From Chrysemys picta bellii (taxonomy: Eukaryota), in the NCBI RefSeq assembly GCF_011386835.1, contig NC_088796.1, positions 31,620,001 through 31,684,000 of the forward strand: DNA of 64,000 nt, read 5' to 3'. Made by a program: the position numbers and the translations under genes. Below are positions 1 through 10,170 of the stretch, one piece after another. The notes below the pieces were generated by a model. It ran no database searches, was not told the origin of the DNA, and was given only the letters and a program-made list of their open reading frames with translations. Positions within the stretch are counted from its first letter, which is position 1. Each line of letters begins with the position of its first letter.

Positions 1-502
1 AGGGAATTCACAGAGTGTATGGCAGTAGTGACGGCCCACCTCAGACGCCGAGGGGGTACAGGTATTTCCCTACCTTGACGACTGGCTGCTCAAGGGCAGC
101 TCGTGGTCCCAGGTACAGAACCACGTGCATCTGCTCTTGGCTACTTGTGCCAACCTGGGCCTCCTAGTGAACGAGGCCAAGTCGACATTGGTTCCAGTGC
201 AGCACATAGAATTCATAGGCACTCTCCTGGATGCCTCCAAGGCCACAGCCTCCCTTCCCCTGGGCAGGTTCCAGACCCTGAAGGGGCTTATAGCCTCGGT
301 CACAGAGTTCCCCATCACCACGGCCAGGGCATGCCTGCAGCTCCTGGGCCACATAGCGGCGTACACGTACGTGGTCTGCCACGCCAGGCTTTGTATGAGG
401 CCCCTCCAACTCTGGCTGGCCTCAGAGTTCTCCCAGGCCCAGGACAAACTGGACAAAGTCCTCTCGGTTCCGGCACCGGTGATCACCACGCTACAATGGT
501 AG
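1..502 (+). pseudogene. DIRS reverse transcriptase, C-terminal part (disrupted)
   Basis: ...MAVVTAHLRR then VFPYLDDWLLKG...LGLLVNEAKSTLVPVQHIEFIG. +1 frameshift in the G run at 52-56; in-frame TAG at 500-502 (TGG>TAG). Confidence 0.92.
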
Positions 503-517
503 TCCTGCCCGACCAAT

Positions 518-970
518 ATGCTCCAGGGAATTTCCTTCCGGGACCTGACCCAGTCACTAGACCTAGTGTCTGACACGTCGGACTTCGGCTGGGGGGCCCA
601 CATAGGGAACTCACAAACCCAAGGGATGTGGTCAGCCATGGAGCTGTCCCTTCACATAACTGTCAGGGAACTCAGGGTGATATGCTTAGCCTGTGTGGTG
701 TTCAGCTCACAGCTACGCAGCAAGGTGGTCAGAGTACTCACAGTCAACACCGCCGCGATGTTTTACATCAACAGGCAAGGCGGGACGAGGTCCTCGGCCC
801 TCTGCTGGGAAGCCCTCAGCCTCTGGGAGTTCTGTATAGCCCACGACATCTCCCTGAAGGCTTTCCACCTGCCAGGCATCAACAACACACAGGCTGATAG
901 CTTGAGCAGGGTTTTCTCCTCCCAACACGAGTGGTCGCTCCACTCGGAGGTCACTCACCAGCTCTTCTGA
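518..970 (+). pseudogene. DIRS RNase H domain (disrupted)
   Basis: Same frame as the RT. Motifs SDTSDFGWGAH, HITVRELR, VNTAAMFYINRQGGTRS and NNTQADSLSR; one expected catalytic Asp reads Val (TVNT). Ends at a TGA that is probably CGA>TGA. Confidence 0.9.
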
Positions 971-1351
971 GCATGGGGCACTCCCCAAGTAGACCTGTTT
1001 GCGACCCAACAGAACCAGCGTTGCCACAGGTTCTGTTCCAGAGGAGGGGTGGGAAGGAACGTGATCTCAGATGCCGTCCTCCTGTCAAGGTCGGGCCAAC
1101 TACTTTACGCCTTTCCCCTGTTTCCCCTCATCGGCAAGGTCCTGGAGAAAGTGAAAACGGACAAGGCATGCGTCCTCCTGATCGCCCCAGCTTGGTCCCA
1201 GTAACATTGGTATGGGACCCTCCTGGGCTTGCTCGTGGCCCCTCCACGGCTGTTGCTGCTCCGTCCGGACCTACTCTCCCAGGACCAGAGCCGCCTCCTC
1301 CACCCCGATCTGGCTACCCTCCATTTGACAGCGTGGCTGATCAATGGCTAG
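971..1351 (+). pseudogene. DIRS-borne DNA N6-adenine methyltransferase-like (phage Dam-like) domain
   Basis: Manual translation through the stop gives AWGTPQVDLFATQQNQRCHRFCSR...LLYAFPLFPLIGKVLEKVKTDKACVLLIAPAWSQ*HWYG...HLTAWLING*. The DLFA and YAFP[P] motifs and position after RNase H match DIRS1 MT domains. Confidence 0.85.
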
Positions 1352-2374
1352 ATGCGGAGGAGAGAAGGTGTTCGGAAGGGGTCAGGCGTGTCCTCCTCGA
1401 AAGTAGGAAGCCATCCATGTGCCGAGCCTACCTGACAAAGTGGTCCAGGTTCTCCAGGTGGGCGGGCGAGTGGGGTACTTCCCCAACGTCTGCCCCTCTC
1501 CAACTTGTCCTTGAGTACCTCCTCCACCTTAGAACTCAAGGCCTGGCCCCTTCCTCCATCAGGGTGCACCTGGCAGCTATTTTGGCGTTTCATCTGCCGA
1601 TCAGGGCTGCTCGGATTTCTCCCATGCCATGACCGGGCGTTTCCTCAAGGGGCTAGACCGGTCCTTTCCTTACGCTAGAACCCCGGTTTCTCAGTGGGAT
1701 CTCTATTTGGTGTTATCCCACCTCACGGGGCCCCCATTCGAACCCCTGGCCACATGCTCATGGTTTCACCTTTCATGGAAGGTAGCCTTCCTCCTGGCTA
1801 TCATGTCAGCCTGGCGGGTTTCGGAGCTCAGGGCCCCGACCTGCGACCCCCCTTACACAGCCTTTCACAAGGACAAGGTTCAGCTCCGCCCACACCCTAC
1901 ATTCCTCCCTAAGGTGGTCTCTGCCTTTCACATGGGCCAGGATGTCTTCCTGCCTGTCCTCTGCCCCAAACCTCATGCCTCTAATGAGGAACACCACCAC
2001 CATACACTCAATGTGCGCAGAGCACTGACTTTTTATCTGGATCGGACTAAGCCATTCTGCAGGTCTTCGCAACTCTTTGTTGCTTCAGCCAAATGCAACC
2101 GATCTCCACCCAGAGGCTTTCCCGGTGGATTACACCGTGCATCCACACATGCTACGACCTAGCAGAGGTTCCCGCACCACCTATCATAAAGGGTCACTCG
2201 ACAAGGGCTCAGGCCTCGTCAGCTGCCTTTGTGGCCCATGTCCCTATCCAGGACATCTGCAGGGCCGCTACCTGGTCCTCAGTACACACGTTCACGTCGC
2301 ACTATGCGATCGTCTCTCACGACAGGGATGACGCTGGTTTCGGTAGAGCTGTGCTTCAGCCAGAGAATCTGTGA
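1345..2374 (+). pseudogene. DIRS tyrosine recombinase (two frameshifts)
   Basis: Three ORF-track segments (931-1632, 1629-2162, 2093-2374) join into a YR: YLTKWSRF...LAPSSIRVHLAAI; RVSEL (R 1815-1817); HSTR (H 2195-2197); ICRAATW; FTSHY (Y 2303-2305). Confidence 0.93.
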
Positions 2375-2409
2375 ACTCCTACCCACCTCCATCAGACATA
2401 GCTTGCAAT

Positions 2410-2762
2410 CACCTACTGTGGAATACACATGAGCAAGCACTCGAAAAAGAAAGGACAGTTACCTTTTCCGTAACTGGTGTTCTTCGAGATGTGTTGCTCA
2501 TGTCTATTCCACAGCCCGCCCTCCTTCCTCTCTGTCAGAGTTGGTCCAGCAAGAAGGAACTGAGGGTGGGGGGAGTGTGTGGCTCCCCTTATAGCGCGCT
2601 ATAGAGGCGCCACTCTAGGGGTCGCAGCAGTGCTCCCCCTACAGGTACTGCTGAGGGAAAAACTTCCAGCACCGGTGAACGTGGCAAGCACGCACACCTA
2701 CTGTGGAATAGACATGAGCAACACATCTCGAAGAACGCCAGGTATGGAACAGATAATTGTCC
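2410..2762 (+). repeat. DIRS-A internal complementary region (ICR) and right terminal inverted repeat
   Basis: 2480-2514 is the exact reverse complement of 2701-2735 (35 bp), extended by 2453-2479 vs 2736-2762 (21/27). 2410-2451 is a second, direct, diverged copy of the terminal motif (CACCTACTGTGGAATA.ACATGAGCAA). Confidence 0.92.
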
Positions 2763-3794
2763 TTTTTGTTCAGTGTTCTTATTATATTTGTGTGTGTGTG
2801 TTTTGTACAACACCCAGACATCTGTAATCAAAGAATGAGAACTTTCCACAGCAATGTTGTGTGTTTAGCTACTTGCAGTACAACAGGAAATTATTTTGAC
2901 GTGTTAGAAAGGGGCTGTATGTTATTGTATCTCACAATGCAAACTCCTTTTAAATGAGCTGTTCAGATGTAAAAGTGATCAACATAAGAGCACTCAAGTG
3001 TATCCCGTAGCAAGTAGAATAAATCACTACAAAATTATCATGACCCTACTTGATAATATATACAATGCATATACATTGCTACTCATTAAGAAATGTGTGA
3101 TTGTCTAGTTATAATGCTTAACAGTCTCTTTTTTCCTTAATAATGACATTCCTCTATCTAAGGCTTTTTGCACCAATAATATTTGTTGAATATACTGGTA
3201 TTGTATATGGGGAGCTAGGAGGTTGGTCCAAAACAGCATGAAGAAAAGGGCAAGGACAAGCCAAATAATTAATTGTATATATGCTACCTGCACTAAGAAT
3301 TTCTTTTTAATCTAGGCAAAATTGGTAGAGTAAATTTAAAATTCCCTTTATGTTTAATGGCAGCTATGCCTTTAGAGAAGTTTTAGCTTGTATAGCCGTC
3401 ATGTACTCATCAGATCCTTTCTGCTTTGCACTACCGGGGTCATATATTCCCACTGATGAATGTTCTTGAACAATTTCCAGTTTTGGTCAGAAACAGTCTT
3501 TTTCATCAGCAGCCTTGTGCTTTCCACCTATTTTCCTTAATCAGATATTTATTTGAATTTCAAAAGCAAAAATCTCTTTATTTTAGTAAAGTCTGAGCTT
3601 CCTTTTGACACTTCTTTGAGTAGTGATGGAGTAAAGGTTTTGGTTCCAGACATGGATTGAGTTTATTGTGAGTCCCCTCCAAAGCGCTAGTGTCCTACAA
3701 CATGAGTAGCTTTTAATATACTCCTGGCCAACTGGAGTTTCTGTTTTCTAAGGAGAGTATTTACTGATTATTTGCATGTATACATATATAGAAA

Positions 3795-3862
3795 GTGAAA
3801 TCCTGGCTCTACTGAAGTCAATTGCAAAACTCCTATTGACTTCAGTGTAGCTAAGATTTCAC
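3795..3862. mobile_element. Short palindromic MITE-like element (abundant sauropsid type)
   Basis: GTGAAATC...GATTTCAC ends with inner arms CTGAAGTCAAT / ATTGACTTCAG. Confidence 0.6.
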
Positions 3863-4441
3863 CCAGAATATGCTCTCGTTCCATCTAATGAGTGTCTGTG
3901 CATTGGCACCAGCAGGCAACAATTTTTCAGGCATCACAAATGGCTTCACCAGAAGCAGAAAGCTGGACTGATTCTTTTGAGTCGGTTTTATCATCTATTC
4001 CCTGGGAATCCAAGGAACAACTTTGCACGACCCACTGGAACTAGTTGCTTGTTCATAGTATAATCCAGTGGAAACTTCCTTTATGCAGTATAAAAAGGGG
4101 AACTCCTGCACCCACCCAAGTCCAGTTTGGTAATTAGTATCCAAAGAATATATTTTCAATCAAACCTAGTGTGCATGAATGCTTTGGGGGGGAAACACCA
4201 TGTACCACATCAACCTACCTCAAAATTAAACATATCTACAGTAAGAAAAGAAATGTACATATACTGTACAAAGCTAGGATATTTGTTCATCTAGACCTTG
4301 ATCTTTTGTCCATTCAAGTCAATAAAAAGCTCCTATTGATGGTGGAAGATCAAGTATCTCAGGCCTGATTCTCCTCTTCTTTGCATCTTGTGTAGTATTT
4401 GTACCCAGGCAAAATGAGTGTTACCATTCTGCTTTGGTAGC

Positions 4442-5744
4442 TCTGACCCTAGGCACCCCTGTGTTCACACACTGCATACTACTGCAATGATATTTGTACA
4501 AAATAAGACTTACAAGGTATAATTTGAAAACGAATAGCACTCTGGTCAGTAACTGCATTGTGAATTGTATGTGACAATGCTGTGTGTGGAATTAGGGATA
4601 CTCATATTCTGCTTTAAAGTCTGTGACTAAAAGGTGTTTAAACCAGGCATACCAGGGGAGTTGATAAACTAGGCCTAGCCAAATTCAATGGGCTATTCAT
4701 TTGTATCAGCAATGGCAGGAAGAGAAAACTTAAATAGCAAAATTGCAACAAGAAACATCATATTGGAACAAACTAGGGAACGCCTTAATCAGGATGGAGT
4801 TTGGCCCTCCTGGAGGGAATAGGAGACTGAATCCCAGGAAATCAATTTGACTCTTGAAACATAGGCAGATTTTGAGATATAAGGACACAGACAAATTTTG
4901 GATTATCCTTTTCTCGAGGAGACAAGGAAAACCAGCACCTTGTACTCTGTGGGGATCCTGGCTAAGAGTTAGCCAGATATTACTGGGAAAGGAAGAATGG
5001 TGAGAAAATCACCTTGAACAAAGATGGTAGCTAAGTTAGGTCTTAGTCATTAGAAAGTTTATTTTTACTTGTATTTGTTTGTAACCATTTCTATCCTTAC
5101 TCCTTGGTATCACTTAACCCAGTGATTCTCAAACTTTTGTACTGGTGACCCCTTTCACATAGCAAGCTTCTGAGTGCAACCCCCCTTATAAATTAAAAAC
5201 CCTTTCTAATATAGTTAACACCATTATAAATGCTGGAGGCAAAATGAGGTTTGGGGTGGAGGCTGACAGTTCGTGACCCCCCATGTAATAACTTCACGCC
5301 CCCCTGAGGTGTCCCGACCCCCAGTTTGAGAACCCCTGACTTAACCTATGTCCTTTTGCTAATAAACGTGTTTTGTTTTTACTCTAAATCAATTCAGTGC
5401 TGTGTTTGAAGGGAAGGGTGTGTTTAATCCAGTTAAATTAATAAACTATAATGTACTGACTCTTTAAAGGAGCAGTGAATATAATAGCTTCAGTAAATGC
5501 ACAGTGATGGGGCTGTGTGTTGTAGAGAATCACCTCAGAGGAGCTCGGGGGCTGGAGTTCACTGGTTGTTATCTGCTAGGCAAGCTTTGAACTGGGAGAG
5601 GTTGAGGAGTTTGCTGGTGAGGAAGACAGACTGGTGTTGCAGTTCGCTGACACACGGTCTCATCTCCAGCAAGGCTCACTCTTGCTGAGGCAGAGAGGTA
5701 ACACAGTGGCTTCTATCTCTGGTTGTCATCAGCAGCATGTTACA
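4442..5744 (+). mobile_element. Solo LTR (Gypsy/Ty3 or ERV class unresolved)
   Basis: Starts TCTGAC (mutated TGTGAC) and ends TGTTACA. Exact 5-bp TSD GTAGC (4437-4441, 5745-5749); AATAAA at 5361-5366. The 5' end resembles the LTR at 10171-11258 on the opposite strand (AGGTATAATTTGAAAAC vs AGGTATCATTTGAAAAC). Confidence 0.85.
5120..5338. mobile_element. Non-autonomous hAT MITE inserted in the solo LTR
   Basis: Termini CAGTGATTCTCAAACT...AGTTTGAGAACCCCTG; exact 8-bp TSD ACTTAACC (5112-5119, 5339-5346). Confidence 0.92.
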
Positions 5745-6083
5745 GTAGCATTTTACACACACTTTGCCCCAGTGTAAGTGACCATTCAAGGTGTAAGGCA
5801 GTGGATAACCAGGCCCTGTAGTAGATTGAATATCGATATCAAACAAGAATAGCTTGCATTCTTTCCCACCCCCAGCTCATTTTAATGTTCAGTGGTGAAT
5901 TTGGTGTACATGAAAGCAAGGGACCAATTATTGGCATTACATTGTCAAGGACTTTCTAAGCTTCCAAACACTGCTGTGTCACTGCACCTCAATCTTTATG
6001 GGCAATTATGCCGATGTATTTCAGTCCTTCTCTGAACAAAGACTATTCAATCATGTGGGTGGTTTTATGATGTGAGTCAACTT

Positions 6084-6560
6084 TAGGGTGACCAGACATC
6101 CCGATAAAATCGGGACCGTCCCGATATTTAAGTATTTGTCCCGCGTCCCGATTGATCTTCGGTCGGGACGCTGCACTCCGCTTTTTTTTTTTTTTTTCTC
6201 TGCCGGCAGCACTCAGCTGTTCTCGGCTTTTTTTTTTTTCTTCTCCTCTGACTGCCGGCAGCACTCAGCCGTTCTCTGTTGGTTTTTTCCCCCCCGCTCC
6301 TAAAAACCAGAGGCTGAAGGTATGCATACCTAAGGAAGGGTGCATAATCTCCTCTGACTGCCCGCAGCCCTGGGCTGTTCTCAGCTCCCGCCCCCGACTG
6401 CCGGCAGCACTGGGTCACAGTAGGGAATTGGGAGAGGGAGCTGTTTGTGTCCTTACACCGGCAGCACTTGGTTTTTTGGTTTTTTTTGCTCCGCCAGTGA
6501 CCCCTCCTCCCACCCACCCCTTGTGTCCCGATATTTTCTTCCTGTCATCTGGTCACCCTA
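6084..6560. mobile_element. Non-autonomous hAT MITE (TAGGGTGACCAGA termini), CpG-rich and probably young
   Basis: TIRs TAGGGTGACCAGA / TCTGGTCACCCTA; exact 8-bp TSD GTCAACTT (6076-6083, 6561-6568); subterminal GTCCCG motifs. Confidence 0.93.
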
Positions 6561-9191
6561 GTCAACTTTCACTGGAGACTTCTGACTGTGGAGACCACCA
6601 CACTTATTTTTATGTGAGATCTAAACAGGATTCAAACCCAAACCTCCAGAAGTAAAGTAAAGAGCTTGTGATTTAACTCACGCCATCTGACTAGCCCCTA
6701 AACAAGGATTTGATTAAACACTCTTCACTTTTCTTTTCCCTCCAGAAACTTTCTCGGGGCAAATAACTTTAACAAAAAAACTTTTCGAACTGTAAAAGCC
6801 ATTGCTGGTTAATCACAGCTGTGTCAGTTTAAAGATGTGATTTCCACAACTTAGTCCTGTAGATTTATGATGCCCTCTATGATTTTTATTCCCCCCCCCC
6901 ATTATGAATGCCACATTTCTCATGAGGGCCATAAAAAGTTGAAAGGTATAGTAGCAATATGCAATGCAGACTTCCCTGCACCCTTGTGCTGGTCCACATA
7001 AAATCTGAATTGAGGTAGTCATTTCCTGAAGTTATTAATCAACCTAATGTGATCACTTGATGAAAGTCATGCTGCACTGTTTGGATATTTTGAAGGAGTT
7101 TTTGTTTTTTTGCTTCATTGAAGCCCTTCTGTTGTGAGCTAAATGTGTTCCTTTCTTTCCCAGCTATGTTCAGCTCTTGTCCATGTGGAAACTTTTTGTT
7201 TATGTTGGGATGATGTGGTATCAATTTAAGGCCCACTTAATCATGTGAGTAACTTTAAATGACCAGCTCCATTTGAACTCAGTGGATCACCCCTCCAGAA
7301 GTAGGACCTCCTTCCCTGGTAAGGGAAAGGAAATTTCTGAGAGGATCCCCAAACCGAGTTTCTCCCTGATTGTTGAGTGGGTGGGTAGAGTTGCCCCATG
7401 AGGAATGAACTACTAGGTCTGCCCATCAATCTAGATCCTGGAGAATCCGCATGATGTCAAGGCCCTCCATGTGGCAACCCTGTGTCTCACTTCAGCACTG
7501 GAACCTCAGTGTCTCTCACCTTCTCCTTATCCCTACCCTGTCTGCCCCTGGTAGTACAGGTCTAACAGCATTGAACTATCAGGGACTTTCCCTGGCCACA
7601 GCTATCTCAGGCTCTCATGTAGGTCCTTATTGAACAAAGCACTTAAGCATGTTCTTAGGTTAGTTCTTAAGCACAGGCTTAAGTGTTTTCCTGAACAAGT
7701 TCCATGGACTTTAGTGCTCTTCGGGGAGCATTCCCCATCATGTAGGGTGCTTATTAGGGAAGATCATTTAGCTCTGGCTGTATTAACTTTCCCAGGTAAT
7801 CTCTGTGGGCTACTGCCAGGCTGTTGGCAAGAATCCTCTCCCCATATTACCTCCTCCTGGAATGTTACAAAGGGGACCCTGCATGTGGATCATAGGGGCC
7901 TGATTTGGCCCAATGTTACTAACAGCTGTGTTATTCAGCTAGTTGGGTTTGCTATATTTTCAGGAAATTTCTAAGCTGTCCATGTGTCATTTGCATCTGA
8001 TCAAGTGTTTTATATATATTTGGGAAGGAAGAGTCTTTTTTCTGGATTAGAAAAAATGAGCTAATAAGATAGCATTCTTACAGAAATATGAAAATATGTG
8101 GAAAGTGTAAGCTCCATCCTACTCAATTGCTGGACTGATCATGATAGTGTGGCATAGTTCTAGGATATAACATTGATAACATACAGGAAAAAATGAAAGT
8201 AATAGCCTAAACCTTCAAACATCCTTTCCCATCATCAAGAGTATGTGAAATAAATGTATTCCTTTCCCCCTGAAAAATGTATGTTACTAAACTAAAGCTA
8301 GAAAATCTTTCCAGTATATGTATCTGGTAATTTTCAGAGGAGCAATATCTTGCATCAGAAAAATCAGGCTTTTTGTGCAGCCATGCATGCACAAAGAAAC
8401 AATGGGAGAATTGGAAAGAATCTGTCTATGTTAGAGAGTTGAAACCTCATTCTCAACAAAATGCAGGCATGTGTCAAAGACTCAGGAGCTAACGGTAGTA
8501 ATTTAGCTGTTCCTGAAAATCAAGTGATATGATTTGTGTTCTTCCTACTATTCCAGTAACTCATTTTTCATTAACCTCCATATTCTCTATAGCAGTGGTT
8601 CCCAACCTGTCATGTGCAAAGGGATGGTACATAGAAAGAAGAAGACAAAGACATACATATATATACATGTATCATATGCCAAGAAGGAAATGAAAAAGAA
8701 AAACAAGGGCAAAACGGCACATGCTTTAGCATACCCAAAAGCTACTCTAGTTTGTAAAGGTAACTAGTATCTTGGGAATGTATGTTTTCTGGGATCCATT
8801 CTTGGTACTATGAGATGGGGAGGAGAGAGTTATTGCCTTCCATTGCTTGAGTGAGGTGTAGGCATGTTGACTCAAAAGGGTTCCCTGATGGAAAGAGATT
8901 CCCTGGTAGAGGAGGATGGTGTTTAATACAGTACTGAGACTACATTTTCCTCAGCATGAGATTCCTGCCTGCTATCAATTGCCAGGATGAAATGTCAGGA
9001 AAGAAGCAGGTTAAGCTATGCAAGGATCAAACCACAAAGAGATTCCTAGAACAAAGACTGCATCTGAAGCTAGACCCAAAAAAAGAACTGGAAGCCAGGT
9101 CAGCCGGTGGAGTTCATGTGTTTTCTGTAAAAAGTGCTGCTAAGTGACTGGGCAGCCATATTCTGCTCTGGCCAGTTTCTGAGCACCTGGC

Positions 9192-9670
9192 TAAGGGAGG
9201 CTTGATTACAGTCTATAAGTGCCTACATCGGGGACAAATACTTTATAGTGGCCTCTTCAACCTAGCAGAGAAAGGTATAATACCATTCAATGTCTGGAAA
9301 CTGAAGCTACACAAATTCAGACAGGAAAAAGGGTGTAAATTTTTAAGAGGGAGAGTAATCATAGGAACAATTTAGCCAGGGTGGTGGTGGATTCTCTATA
9401 ACTTACAATTTTTTAACCAAAATTGAATGTTTTTCTAAAAGAATCATAGAATCATAGAATATCAGGGTTGGAAGGGACCTCAAGAGGTCATCTAGTCCAA
9501 CCCCCTGCTCAAAGCAGGACCAATTCCCAACTAAATCATCCCAGCCAGGGCTTTGTCAAGCCGGGCCTTAAAAAGATACGCTTTAGGAAGTGCTGCAGTC
9601 TGTTCTATACAGGAGGTCAGACTTCATGATCAAAATGGTCCCTTCTGGCTTTAGAATCTATGAATCTATG
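9192..9670 (+). mobile_element. CR1 LINE 3' fragment (older), interrupted at 9443-9568
   Basis: RT C-terminal tract (...CTGAAGCTACACAAATTCAGACAGG...), 3' UTR ending GGTCCCTTCTGGCTTTAGAATCTATGAATCTATGA. Confidence 0.88.
9443..9568 (-). mobile_element. Younger CR1 3'-end fragment nested in the older CR1
   Basis: Reverse CR1 tail ATCATAGAATCATAGAATATCAGGGTTGGAAGGGACCTC...; 7-bp TSD TAAAAGA (9436-9442, 9569-9575) restores the host CR1 sequence. Confidence 0.88.
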
Positions 9671-9765
9671 AAATAAAAGTAACAGAGGGGTAGCCGTGTT
9701 AGTCTGAATCTGTAAAAAGCAACAGAGGGTCCTGTGGCACCTTTAAGACTAACAGAAGTATTGGA

Positions 9766-9805
9766 GCATAAGCTTTCGTGGGTGAATGCCCACTTCATCA
9801 GACAC
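9766..9805 (-). ncRNA. Minimal type I hammerhead ribozyme motif in the Penelope pLTR
   Basis: Minus strand reads GUGU-CUGAUGA-A-GUGGG(CAUUCA)CCCAC-GAAA-GC-UU-AUGC: canonical core, stem II, palindromic AAGCUU stem III, wobble-paired stem I. Penelope pLTRs are known to carry such motifs. Confidence 0.75.
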
Positions 9806-9827
9806 AAGACAAATACTTTATAGTGGC

Positions 9828-9863
9828 CTGATGAAGTGGGCATTCATCCACGAAAGCTTATGC
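9828..9863 (+). ncRNA. Hammerhead motif in the inverted arm; 5' strand of stem I replaced by filler DNA
   Basis: CUGAUGA-A-GUGGG(CAUUCA)UCCAC-GAAA-GC-UU-AUGC. The upstream UGGC cannot pair with AUGC. Confidence 0.55.
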
Positions 9864-10170
9864 TCCAATACTTCTGTTAGTCTTAAAGGTGCCACAGGAC
9901 CCTCTGTTGCTTTTTATGAAATAAAAGAATCTCATAAGGACTTCATTAACCCCCCCCAAAAGGGGAAGTAAAAACACACATTCTAACCTCCTTTACTGAT
10001 TCACGGATTCTGGGCATTCCAGGTCTTTTCTGAAATGAGTGGAGAGATGTATCTGTAATATACTTGTTTTTGTGTAGTGGCTGGCACTCAAGGTGGACAA
10101 AGATGCTACTCCTGCTACCAGCTAAGAGAAATCTCCTTTAGCTCAAGTGGTAGAAGCTTTTTTAGGCTTG

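Larger units (their letters stand above)
1..2765 (+). mobile_element. DIRS1-type tyrosine-recombinase retrotransposon (copy A), 3' two-thirds, decayed; 5' part lies outside the window
   Basis: Ordered RT (YLDD at 71-82), RNase H, Dam-like MT and overlapping YR frames, followed by the ICR/right-ITR structure ending at ...GATAATTGTCCTTT (~2762-2765). Contains several stops and frameshifts. Confidence 0.95.
4361..5816. mobile_element. Palindromic MITE (AGGCCTGATTCTCC...CCAGGCCC termini) split by a solo LTR
   Basis: Left half 4361-4441 and right half 5750-5816 rejoin into ...TTTGGTAGCATTTTACAC... once the LTR and one TSD copy are removed. Confidence 0.7.
9680..9914 (-). mobile_element. Penelope-like element pseudo-LTR with inverted 5' arm (fold-back insertion)
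   Basis: Minus-strand pLTR 9680-9807 (...GACTAACACGGCTACCCCTCTG end) plus an inverted copy 9828-9914; 13-bp TSD TATGAAATAAAAG (9667-9679, 9915-9927). Confidence 0.9.

Noticed and set aside
70-639. 189-aa minus-strand ORF and other antisense ORFs over the DIRS copies
   Set aside because: Shadow frames of GC-rich transposon coding sequence with no recognisable motif.
1-2374. Tyrosine recombinase plus Dam-like methyltransferase read as a prophage or bacterial contaminant
   Set aside because: The domains are collinear with RT/RNase H and DIRS ICR/ITR termini and are embedded in vertebrate repeats. This is standard DIRS1 architecture.
2410-2735. CRISPR-like repeated palindromic units (also 23057-23413)
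   Set aside because: Only two or three copies in mixed orientation with no regular spacers; explained by DIRS termini in a eukaryote.
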